A DNA stretch of 63,125 nucleotides, the filler included, from Choristocarpus tenellus KU-1152 (taxonomy: Eukaryota; Protista; Phaeophyceae), in the NCBI GenBank assembly GCA_964200185.2. It is 10 parts of 10 records of this genome, joined end to end, with 100 filler letters (N's around TTAATTAATTAA, not from the genome) between each part and the next. Parts side by side here need not be neighbours in the genome. Positions count along the whole stretch, not along the records: positions 36,363 to 47,050 come from CAXNAD020002784.1; positions 47,151 to 56,364 come from CAXNAD020003876.1; 8 more parts are not named here. The stretch is one strand, 5' to 3'. This document shows positions 36,879-48,285 of this stretch, one piece after another. The position numbers were made by a program, and so were the translations under genes. A model generated the notes under the pieces. It was not told where the DNA came from and ran no database searches. It saw only the letters and a program-made list of their open reading frames with translations. The stretch's first letter is position 1, and every line of letters begins with the position of its first letter.

Positions 36879-39800
36879 TAGTGCATATATTTTCATATTT
36901 ACAGAACAGAATGAGAAAAAAATGTGTATATCGGGCAAGGGGGAAGGGGAAAGGGAAGGGGAAGGGCAGGGAAAGAGGTAAACAATAGTTGAAAATGTAT
37001 TAACATTATCTAGGAAATATTTTGTCTAAAGTATTTTTTCTTTTCATCATGGAACAGAACGATAAAATATTAATGATAATATTAATGATAATAATAATAA
37101 TAATACCATCTCACTCGCATGGAGCAGCCTCATATCACAGAGTCACCCAGAGTGGGGAGTCATTGATAAATTTCACTCATTGTTGACATCAGTCTCAAGT
37201 TCAATTTCACTCATGTGGACAAACACCATCGACTTCTTCTGGCATTGACAAGATATATCATTGACAGTATAAGATACACCATTAACAGTGTAAGATATAC
37301 CATTAACAGTATAAGATATACCATTAACAGTATAAGATACACCATTAACAGTACAAGATATATCATTGACAGTATAAGATACACCATTAACAGTATAAGA
37401 TATATCATTGACAGTATAAGATATACCATTGACAGTATAAGATACACCATTAACAGTACAAGATATACCATTGACAATACAAGATATACCATTAACAGTA
37501 AAAGATATATCATTGACAGCATAAAGTATACCCTAGCCATTCCGTTATTGGTTCCTTCTACAGTCATATCACACAGTTGACCAAACCCCTACCCTGTTAT
37601 TATCCCTACTAAGAGGTATACCCAGAATATGTAAAAAAGTTAGAGGTACAGAATATTAAAAATAAAAAGGGGAACTACTGTCAATAAAAGGTATACCCAG
37701 AATATGTAAAAGGGTCAAACGGAGGTACAGAATATTTAAAATAAATGAAGAGGGGAAATACTGTCAATAAAAGGTATACCCAGAATATGTAAAAGGGTCA
37801 AACGGAGGTACAGAATATTTAAAATAAATGAAGAGGGGAAATACTGTCAATAAAAGGTATACCCAGAATGTGTAAAAAAGTCAAACGGAGGTATAGTGTA
37901 TTCAAAATAAATAAAGAGGGGAAGTACTGTCAATAAAAGGTATACCCAGAATATGTAAAAAGTCAAACAGAGGTATAGTATATTCAAAATAAATAAAGAG
38001 GGGAACTACTGTCAATAAAACGTATACCCAGAATATGTAAAAAGTCAAACAGAGGTATAGTATATTCAAAATAAATAAAGAGGGGAACTACTGTCAATAA
38101 AACGTATACCCAGAATATGTAAAAAGTCAAACAGAGGTGCAGAGTATTTAAACTAAATAAAGAGGGGAATCGCTGTCAATAAAAGGTATACCCAGAATAT
38201 GTAAAAAGTAAAAACAAAATCTGGTGCTGTCAATGCAGTGCATCACATCATCACAAATACAAAAAAAGAGATGCAATATCTTTTGTCACAGCTGCCCACA
38301 TACTCTTCCCCTTTCTTTCCTTCCCCTTCAACCAATCAAAACGCTTCAAACTCAAATGACTCTTTTTTTTTTTAAAGAGAGCACAAAATCACACCACATT
38401 TCCACAAAGAGATTCTATTCTTGAATAATCGGCCACTGTTTGACAAAAAAGGAGGCGTCAGCTTGCATCTAACTCAAAACCAACATTTGAACAGCATGGA
38501 TACAAACAGACGAATATAAAGTGACGCCAGGCTCTGTTGGCTTCACAAGACATGTCCAGTGAGTTTTTTATCCATCGAGGCCACTCCATGAAATACAGAG
38601 GGACACAGAAGTTATCAACAGGTTCACCATACCTTGACAAGTCCTAAACCTGCTTACCACCAGTGCTACACTTTCTACCATACCTTGACAGGAGCATTAA
38701 TTTGATATTCAAGTTTGAATAAGCTAGGGAATGTGTCACATCTTACTACTCTACAGGAAGATAAAATGAACTTACCACAATAGATGTGAAATAACTGTGA
38801 CTGATATAAGATCCCCCCCCCCCGTTCCACCAACTCAAAAAATAAACACACACAATCAGCCTTAGCCAGCAAAATATAAGAAGCCTAACTTTAGAACAGT
38901 CTCCTGCTCCATAAGATGGGGGAAAAGCAGTCACAATCATTACATTGTCAACAAACACAACGCCACACATGGTGAACAAACTCCTGGGAGACGCTCCAAA
39001 ATTTTACATTAAAAAACACAAAAGCTGGGGCTCTGGGTTGCTATGTGGTGGCAAGGCTATAAAGACTCCACCATCATTTGAAAAAAAGGTGGATATATAT
39101 ATACACACATACATACATAGTACGCAATTTACAAAACCAGAGGGAATAATAGTCGCTACAAATGAAAAGAACAGAAACCTATATATACTTCCGGTTAATA
39201 ATATTCCGTCTATTATTGTTCTTTGACAGGCATCAATTATTCCGTAGCGTAATATTCTCATTAGCGCAAAACAAGGGCGAATCTGATTGGTCAACTTAAC
39301 AACCCAAATCAAACTAAGACCAGAGACTGATACTAATTGAGGCACATGGTAATGCAAGTACTGAGTGTGCTGTTGGGTGTTGTTCCACATATAGCAGGCG
39401 TGTTATTGTAGACATACCTTGGCATAGTAGGCGTTATTGTAGTACTGGTCGTCAAAGAACTTGGCAGCAACCATGACACTTACAGTAAGAGGAAAAAACA
39501 ACACACACAAACACACAAACAAAAGATTATTCAGACCCAAAATAAATATTTAAAACAAAATATGATACTAAAAAATAAAAAAATGGTGAAAGAAATATAA
39601 AAAACATGTGAAAAAGGGCAATAAGTATTTTGACACAATTGTTTGCATTCAAAGACAAACAGAAATATATTTTTTTAAACACATAGCCTACTCTTGACCT
39701 CATCCATAAGAAATAAAATTAAAAACATGGAAGTACTAGAATCTTCAAAATATTAAAAAAAATTGTACTGTAGAGAAACAAACCATATTCTCCGATAAAA

Positions 39801-40282
39801 TCATCACTCCTTTTCTCTATCATACAAAGAATCCTGCACAAGGAAACCACTGAAAGAAGGTTAGCAAAAACTTGACAAGGCATGCATTCTTACCATAAAA
39901 AATATGTCATAATTTGTTTCAAATCATGCACACGGGCCTTTCATGCATCACACATGCATCACACAAACTTGAAACAACTCAACTCGTAACACACACACAA
40001 AACACAGGGGGGGAGAATGTGTGTTTTATTTATTTTTATTTGAACAAAAAAAAAGACGCCACAAAAAGAAAGAAAAAGACATTTTGAAATTCAAAATTAT
40101 ACACGCTCAAAACCTCAACAACAAAAAATCCAACGCTTGACCGACTGCTTGGATAAATAAATAAAATAAGAGTGAAATTGTAGACTGCTTGGATAAAATA
40201 AATTAAATTAAATTAAATTCAAGAGTGTTTCATTCAACGCCCGAAGACTGTATGTTCGTCTGTTGCTCCATGCATTTCATCA

Positions 40283-40319
<37 letters not shown>

Positions 40320-43187
40320 GTTTATGTGGAGGATGAATTCATAAATTACTCCTTACTGAAATGAGAAGTCATACAACCCACTACTACTATCCCTTACAAA
40401 AAACTTCAATAGTACTACTATTGACTCTGCTCAATTAACTCTTTTGAATCAGAGCGTGCCCCTGCCATGATGTACTGCGAGCAAGGTTAAACAAACAAAA
40501 AAAACCACACTGCGAGCATAACGCACGATTATTTCTTTTTAGTATTGATCGCAACCCCCCGCCTTTCTCCCCCACCCCCCACGACACCACCTTCCATTAT
40601 ACCCCTCACACCATACNNNNNNNNNNAAAACACCCACCTGAACTAGAACCGACCTTTATTTCTTTTTAATTATGGAGCGCTCCCCCCCCCCCCCCCCAAC
40701 ATAGTTTGATTACAATCTTCGACTGAACCAAGATTGATTCTGTTTCTCTATTCAAAATGCGATACATTTAGGAGAACCTGCAGTCCAAAAAGGGGTACAC
40801 AACAGTACCAAGACAAAAGAGGTATAGGCAAAGCTTACATGATAAAGAACAGGGGTTGAGAGAAGCTGGGTGAATTAGTACAGTGAAGTAGTACAGGGTG
40901 CTGTCGACGCACTCTGCTTTGTCTCTCTTTCATTCTGTCTATCTTTGTGTACCTTTGTGTATCTTTATTATTATTATTTCAAAACCAGCCCAACCGTTGG
41001 TGTTTTTTCAATTTTGCTGACACACACACACCGTTGTAGGTGAGAGGGAAGGCGTTTAAACCGCATTTGAAATATATCCCAAAATAATAATAATAATAAT
41101 AATAATAAAAAGAGAAAAACAAAAATTTCAATAAACTATTTATCTACCCATCGTTAGGTAGAGTCTCAAACCAATCCTAACCCTAAGGCTAAGGCTAAGG
41201 CTAAGGCTAACCTTGTGATTGCCACCCGATGTACATTGAGAGTGGTCAAGGCAAACTTGTTCTTCTGAATGAGTCGATCCATGTAGATGAGTCCCAACAC
41301 AAAGCACTCACTGCTGCAGCTGGAATACTTCAGGATTCGATCCAGATATCTAGTGATGTTAGTGATGTTGCCACACATACATACACACACACACACATCA
41401 AAATTTCAACATTATGAGAAGATACAATCACATCACATCACATTATATGAGGGTTAGGGTTGACTTTAGTAGTACATAGATGTAGACGGACACAATAGTA
41501 AACAATGGGAACCAATGAAAAGAAAATAGGTGCACATTTAACGGTATGGAACCAAAATGGAAAAAAAGAAATAAAATGGAAGGGATTCAACTCATACTCT
41601 CAGCAATATATACATGCATGCATATATATACTTCACATCACTGCCATAACAACCCCCCCATCTCCCAAAAGCAAGTTAAGAGAAGATTCAAAGCAAGTTA
41701 AGAGAAGATTCAGCGGGTCAGGCATGATTGGGCTATGCTTTATTTACATCCCCATAAAATACACAATAGAGACAGTGTGTTGAGGGTTTGCTGTGGTTAG
41801 GCAGGGGTGAATCGATGTTCTGGGATTAGGGTTAGGGTTAGGGTTAGGGACAAAATGATAGAAAAAGAGAGGCAGGGATAAAAGAAAGGAAAGAGGTAGG
41901 GTAGGAATACAATCAATGACAATGAATTCAATGAGTGATGGTATTACATGGTGTGTCAAAAAAGTCTGAAAAAAAAAGTTCACACAATTTTTGTATCCAT
42001 TGGGAGGTGTTCTCTTTGTTATTCTCAGGTGTAAGTTCAACTGTTGCAAAAATGATATTTGTGGCAAGCAATACATACATACTATGGTGTTATGTTGTTC
42101 CATTCTCCCCCGAAATGACATCTGAAAAAAGTAACAATAACATTAATAATAAAAAACATCACCATCAGACAACTATAGACAACAGTGGGGCTAGGGTTAG
42201 GACTATCATTGTTGATACTACTACTAAAAGATATAATAAATTGCAGTTAATCAAGCAACTGCATGCACTCGACAGGGGTGGGTCAGGTTGGGGATAGGAA
42301 TGGACAATTAATTGTACACAGTTGTTACAAACCCTTAGGTTGGGGTTAGGGTTTGAAGTAGAGATCGGTAACTAGGATAAAAGGATACAGTGAAAAACAA
42401 TAAAATCGAGATTGTGTACACACACTCCAACCAAAAAAGGGTACACATAACAGGACATATTTAGTCAAGAAAAGGTACCCAGACACAATACAGACACCAG
42501 GAGAGACAACAAGCACTTACACACTTATACTCAAGCACAAAATACGCACACACATCTACATGCACAGAACAAACACAATGGAGTGCCTACATCAGAGTGC
42601 ATGCTATTGTGCAATAGATCAACCCCCCCTTCAACAGACCACACATCAAACAAAAATGTTCACTTACAGACAGACATACAAACCCAACCATAGCTTGTGG
42701 GTGTCTGTAATATGTCAGGCAGCAGATTTTCTCCCCAAGAAATTTGAGATGATCACTGACGATGTATACATTGGGGGGGGGGGGCTCAGCAGTTTCATTT
42801 TCAAGCACGATGTCAAAGTACTGAGGGTCCAACCTGAACACGTCAAGGCTATTAGTACTGACCAAGTAGTCACTCCATACTGGTGACTCAAACAAAATAT
42901 TAATTTTACAGGTTCATCCCTGAGGGCTTTTTTGATCCCTGAGGTGCACGCAAACACACACATACATAGGTACATATAAAACACGAATGGGTTTGTACAC
43001 ACACATACTAAATATAATAAATAAAAATACGCACAGAATTCACGTCAAATTAGCACACAATTATGTGTCAATAACACCCATACATACACATAGAATGCAC
43101 ACATACGCATACTCACTCTGCCACGCCAATCCCTGGAGGGCGTAGGGCATGGAACTTGGTGACCGATCCAAGCTCAAGCCGGTCATG
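36363..43187 (-). CDS. P/U-type (PHO80-like) cyclin, partial at both ends
   Basis: Phase-compatible exons 43187-43117, 41349-41212, 39478-39418, 36804-36363 (contig end) give [99 protein letters not shown], the cyclin P/U box. First coding exon not securely located. Confidence 0.95.
37259..37531 (+). repeat. Minisatellite, ~13 x 21 bp, in cyclin intron
   Basis: Unit CATT(G/A)ACAGTATAAGATA(T/C)A(C/T). Confidence 0.97.
37612..38209 (+). repeat. Minisatellite, ~7 x 82-83 bp, in cyclin intron
   Basis: Unit GGTATACCCAGAATATGTAAAAAGTCAAACAGAGGTATAGTATATTCAAAATAAATAAAGAGGGGAACTACTGTCAATAAAA. Confidence 0.97.
41176..41211 (-). repeat. Telomere-like (TTAGCC)4-TTAGGG tract starting at a splice donor
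   Basis: Intron begins GTTAGCCTTAGCCTTAGCCTTAGCCTTAGGGTTAGG. Confidence 0.9.
41822..41849 (+). repeat. Interstitial telomeric tract (TTAGGG)4
   Basis: GGGATTAGGGTTAGGGTTAGGGTTAGGG. Confidence 0.95.
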
Positions 43188-43408
43188 CTGATTGGTCAGA
43201 AAATTCCAGGGAAAAAAAAAAGCACAGGCAGTGATTGGTAAAAAGTCAAAAGCGGAATCGTTTGGAGAAGGCCAGGCAGGCATGTCACACCACATCAGAC
43301 AAGACCCCTCCTGTACACACAGCGTGAATTTAAGCATGCAAAAGCTCCCAGGCATGTGTAGGCATCTCATGAAGAGGGTCGAACATGTCAACATGGTGTT
43401 AGTTACGT

Positions 43409-43469
43409 CTAACCCTAACCCTAACCCCAACCCTAACCCTAACCCCAACCCCAACCCCAACCCCAACCC
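43409..43469 (-). repeat. Interstitial telomeric tract, ~10 units of TTAGGG/TTGGGG
   Basis: Mixed CCCTAA/CCCCAA run on the plus strand. Confidence 0.95.
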
Positions 43470-44345
43470 GGGTTTCTCCTTAACACACACAACAAAAACA
43501 ATGAACTGCCTTTCAAACTAGGGTACAGATTTTATTTTATTTTTATTCTACACAAAGACGGTAACAGTTTTATTTTATTTTTTCTACGCAGAAAGCAGCG
43601 CATCCCCCACTCCCATCCATGCACAACCCGTCGATTCAGTATGATATCTCAACAGAGTGCCCATACTGGCATGGCAAAGGACGTTTGTGAGTTGAAAAAA
43701 CCCATTCAATTCAGTGTCAGTAGAAGAGGGACTCTACCCACTCACTCACTGGATTGGGATTAGTTGCAGGGATTTTTTTTTAATTTTTGACCAATCGCCG
43801 ATTGCAAATACAAAATCATTAAAAAAAAAATTGTGTAAAAAAATAATGAGTGTATTGATTGATACGTGTATCGACAAGCAGGAATAAAAAATAACAAAAA
43901 AACGGTCCGCATCATACACTGCATAAAACAAAAAAAATGTGTAATACCATTTCCCAATATACAGGTTATAAATAAATAAAAAGATAGAGTGCTCCAATCA
44001 ATAGCCCTTTTTCCCAAGATTGAGATATAGATTGATTGACACTCCTCAGAATCATGAAACAAAAATGCAACCAATCACCACAAAGCACAAAAACTATTCA
44101 TAGAGGATCCCTCTGCCTCCCCCCCCAAACTCTGCAATGGTGGGTTTTAAGGCACATCTGTATAAGCAAATCTTCTGGCACCATATCGACAACCAATCCC
44201 TCACAATTAATCTATCCCCTAGTTCATCCAACATCATATATTGGGACATCCTCTTTTTATATTTTCCAGACCTCTCTGTGCAGATTGAAACTTTCATTAC
44301 ACCCACACACCCTACAGACATATACACTGCCAAGTTTTAAACAAT

Positions 44346-44788
44346 GAGAGAAAAAGAGAGAGAAAGAGAGAAAGAGAAAAAGAGAGAGAGAAAGAGAGAA
44401 AGAGAAAAAGAGAGAGAGAAAGAGAGAGAGAGAGAAAGAGAAAAAGAGAAAGAGAAAGAGAGAAAGAGAAGAAGAGCAAAAGAGAGAGAGAGAAAGAGAG
44501 AAAGAGAAAAAGAGAGAAGAAAGAGAGAAAGAGGGAAAGAGAAAAAGAGAGAAGAAAGAGGGAAAGAGAAAGAGAGAAGAAAGAGAGAAAGAGAAGAAGA
44601 GCAAAAGAGAGAAGAAAGAGAGAAAGAGAGAAAGAGGGAAAGAGAAAAAGAGATAAGAAAGAGAGAAAGAGAGAAAGAGAGAAAGAGAAAAGGAGAGAAG
44701 AAAGAGAAAAAGAGAGAAGAAAAAGAGAAAGAGGGAAAGAGAAAAAGAGAAAAAGAGAGAGAAAGAGAAGAGCGAGAGAGAAAAGAAA
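44346..44788 (+). repeat. ~440-bp polypurine (GA-rich) low-complexity tract
   Basis: Almost exclusively A/G (AGAGAA variants); explains the spurious REK-rich and FLS-rich ORFs. Confidence 0.95.
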
Positions 44789-45368
44789 CTTATTCATCCA
44801 CCCATGCCCAGGCTCTTTGTTGTTCAAACGCACACACACACAATACAAACATGGCTTTTTATTTCTTCACCTAAACCATAAGCTTTAACTAGACTCACAG
44901 AGGCACACTCAACACATTCAGAAAAAATAAAAAACAATTACTGCGATTTTGAATATCCAACAACACAACAAAACACAAAAAAAACCCGACTCGACTGCAC
45001 AGATTGGAGGGGTAACAGACGAATCACAACACAAGATATATAATCACAATTATCAATACCACACACAACGGGTACTCTCTTTCCAATCTTTTTTTTTTAT
45101 TCTGACCGAGATTTGAAAAAAAACAATCAACAGGCTTGGGTCGTTACCTGCATGCATCACAGAGAGAGAGATAATTAATTCTCCCTCATGAAAACAAATA
45201 AAAATCATCTCCATTTATATTTATATATATAGCATGGTGTAAATAGATAACTCTGTTCACCAATAATATCATGTTATCCTAATACAAAAATATAAAAATA
45301 CACATCACACGGATAGTCCTTGATCCCCCCCCCCAAAGCCCCCCCCTAGAGTGAACGAGTATGTATAC

Positions 45369-45523
45369 GGCATATTTACATTTATATGGCATATTTACAT
45401 TTACATGGCATATTTACATTTACATGGCATATTTACATTTACATGGCATACTTACATTTACATGGCATATTTACATTTACATGGCATATTTACATGGCAT
45501 ATTTTCACGGCATATTTACATGG
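45369..45523 (+). repeat. Minisatellite, ~6 x 19 bp plus 13-bp truncated units
   Basis: Unit GGCATATTTACATTTACAT. Confidence 0.95.
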
Positions 45524-47050
45524 CTTCCCAATCGAATCAAAAGATTTCGTAAGGAGAAAAAAAAAAAATCAAACCGTGAGCACAAACGCACGAAAAAATA
45601 TAAACAAAAAAATAATTTAACAAAATTGAGATGTCGTCATCGTGATGTTGACCACCACGCCACACCTCTATTAATTAAAAGCAGAGCGAATCAGTCCCAA
45701 CCCCCCCCACAAATATTTCCTACAAAGGTACCCACCTCCTGAACACGCCTTCCAAGCAAAGCAAAGCAACTACAAATTAAAAAAAAGAGGAATAACTGTA
45801 CCCGAACAGGGTCAGAGAACCCTCCGTCTCTTGCTTCTTTATCGCTTTCTCAGACAATAAAATAAAGGGTAAAAATATAAAGCAACTCATTACTAAGAAA
45901 TTAATACACCACAGCAGTCAGAAAGAGAAAAAAAAAACATTCTCCAAAGAAGGGGGGGAAGCAAGCGGAAGTAATATGATAGCTCAATGTCTTACGTGAT
46001 TTTTGATTCACCAACCGATATTAGCAGGAGTCCTCTCTCTTCATCCTAGCTGACCTCCCTCCCGACTGCCGTGAAATTTTAGGCTATATTATTATTATTA
46101 CTATTATCACAAGATCAATGACAAAGACCACTACTCCACAAGGTAGTAGTAGCCTCAAAACACAAGAGATATCACACAGCCATGGAGCAAAAAAAAACAT
46201 GAGCGACACCTCCTTGCTCTCTAGCCGCACCCAACCCGCGCCCAAAGACAACAGAAAAAAGGATATCGCCCCCTAAAAAACATCCTACCTGCGCCGAATC
46301 GGAGAAAAAAGAAAAAAGAAAAAAGTATATTTCGTTCTACTTCCTATCCTAACCCACGTCGCGCCGATCACCACAGTAGGCAAGTTAGCAGCCCCTAAAG
46401 AAGCTGCTAACCACAGTGCTGCTAACCACAGTAGGCAAGCAATCGAAACCAAAGATGATGGTCAAGCCACCCCAGTCTAGTCAACATGCACACGCCCCGG
46501 CAAGGAGTTGGACCATGTCAACATGGACCATGTCAACATGGACCAACTGTGTATAGTCCATGCGCACAGTCCCAACAAAACTCGTGGTACAAGCTTAACC
46601 CCAAACCAAAGTCTAGGCACAAAATATGGCCGGCACGGGACACTCCTGGGATGAAGACCAAGCAATGCAGCCCGAGAAGAACTCCTGGACAACACATAAA
46701 AAAAGTCCAAGCCGGCATGTGCTGTGGACCACAGGAGAACAACGTCCCAACAACTCGGCAGTACAGGCCAAAAAAGGTGTAAGGGAGAGGGACACTCCGA
46801 GAGTAGTAAAAAGGTGTAAGCAGAATTGTGTGAACAGGATGGCACTCTCAGCAACACGATCCAATGAGAATGTGTATGGGTGTCTCTGCAGTGTCCTAGC
46901 ACATTGCCCATGCAGTATGGTGCCCACATATTGGGGTCCAAGTCATAAAGAGCAGCCTAAGCAAATAACACAATCTGACCACATAATCAAGGCAGGTCCC
47001 CAATATATATATATATATAAATGTATGTATGTATGTATGTACGTATGTAT

Positions 47051-47150
47051 NNNNNNNNNNNNNNNNNNNNNNNNNNNNNNNNNNNNNNNNNNNNTTAATT
47101 AATTAANNNNNNNNNNNNNNNNNNNNNNNNNNNNNNNNNNNNNNNNNNNN
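47051..47150. other. Artificial contig linker
   Basis: N44-TTAATTAATTAA-N44. Confidence 0.98.
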
Positions 47151-47266
47151 CTCAAACTTATAGAACTTTTAAGTTGAAAACCTCACCAATAGCCAATAGT
47201 AATACTGATGCTAATCCCCCCCCCCCCCAAACAAACACACTCACGCATACTCCCAACTGTTTTCAG

Positions 47267-48234
47267 GCAGCCCTGTACAAGGCCAGGCAGGAGGCAAGTG
47301 CGTGGCAAGAGGAACGCGCACATCTTCAAGGGGACCTAGAGATTGCCAGGAAGAGACTGAGAGAGCTGGGGTAAGAAAACCAAACCTAAAAAATATAGGA
47401 GCATTTTCAGTACTTTGAAACAGGACTCCACACTGGACCATAAGTTAAGCAAACCAACTGTCTGGATCAGGACCGTGAACTGCAGTTCCGTTACAGTCTT
47501 GATGGAACTGGTTCACCATGTTGTGACATTTCAACATGTCTCGCCCCTTGCCCTTGTCCAGTCTGGTTTATACTCTTGTGGCTTCAGTCCTGTCCTCTTG
47601 AGACATGCTTCACAGCCCTGTCCTCTTGAGACATGACTCAGCCCTCTCCTCTTAAGACATTTTATCCGACCCAGTCCACTGCCCACTCTGGCTAATCTCT
47701 CTGATGGCCATGGGTTGGAACTATTGAATCATAATGTCTAGCTCAGTATTTTAGTGGCCCTGTCACATAACTCCAAATTTCTTATTGTCTAGTCCAAATG
47801 TGGTGAAAAGTGAAAAGCTGATGAAAGCATGGGAGCAGAGGTCTCTATGACATGTTGCGATCATTCTTCTGTGGTACTTTATTTTCAACAAACTACATAT
47901 TTTTATTATCACTCTTGTTGGTGTTGCAGTTATTCCTTTTTTTTTTCATTGCCATCTATATCATTACACTATTCTGAGAAATTAAGTTGAAAACAAAAAC
48001 ATGTTAAACTGTGGTAATGTGTAGCAGTGTCCACATATCTCAATCGAGTGAACTAATAAGATATCTCAACCAATAAGCCTGCGCCTAGTGAGCAATTTAG
48101 TTATATTCCTCTACTCAAGTGACCTTTCTGTTTAATCTAGTTTTTTTCTTTTGTGATGAGAAGTTAAGAAGTTCAGGGGAAATATAGTTTTTAATTCCTG
48201 CCAAGTATCTTATGCATACCCTGGTTGGAGAGAT

Positions 48235-48285
<51 letters not shown>

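Noticed and set aside
37211-37580. ORFs with 7-aa repeats (IRYTINS / MVYLILL)
   Set aside because: Translation of the 21-bp minisatellite inside a cyclin intron
34486-38209. CRISPR-like arrays
   Set aside because: Units are head-to-tail with no unique spacers, there are no cas genes, and the context is eukaryotic introns
44257-44874. 176-178 aa REK-rich and FLS-rich ORFs
   Set aside because: Translations of a GA-rich low-complexity tract
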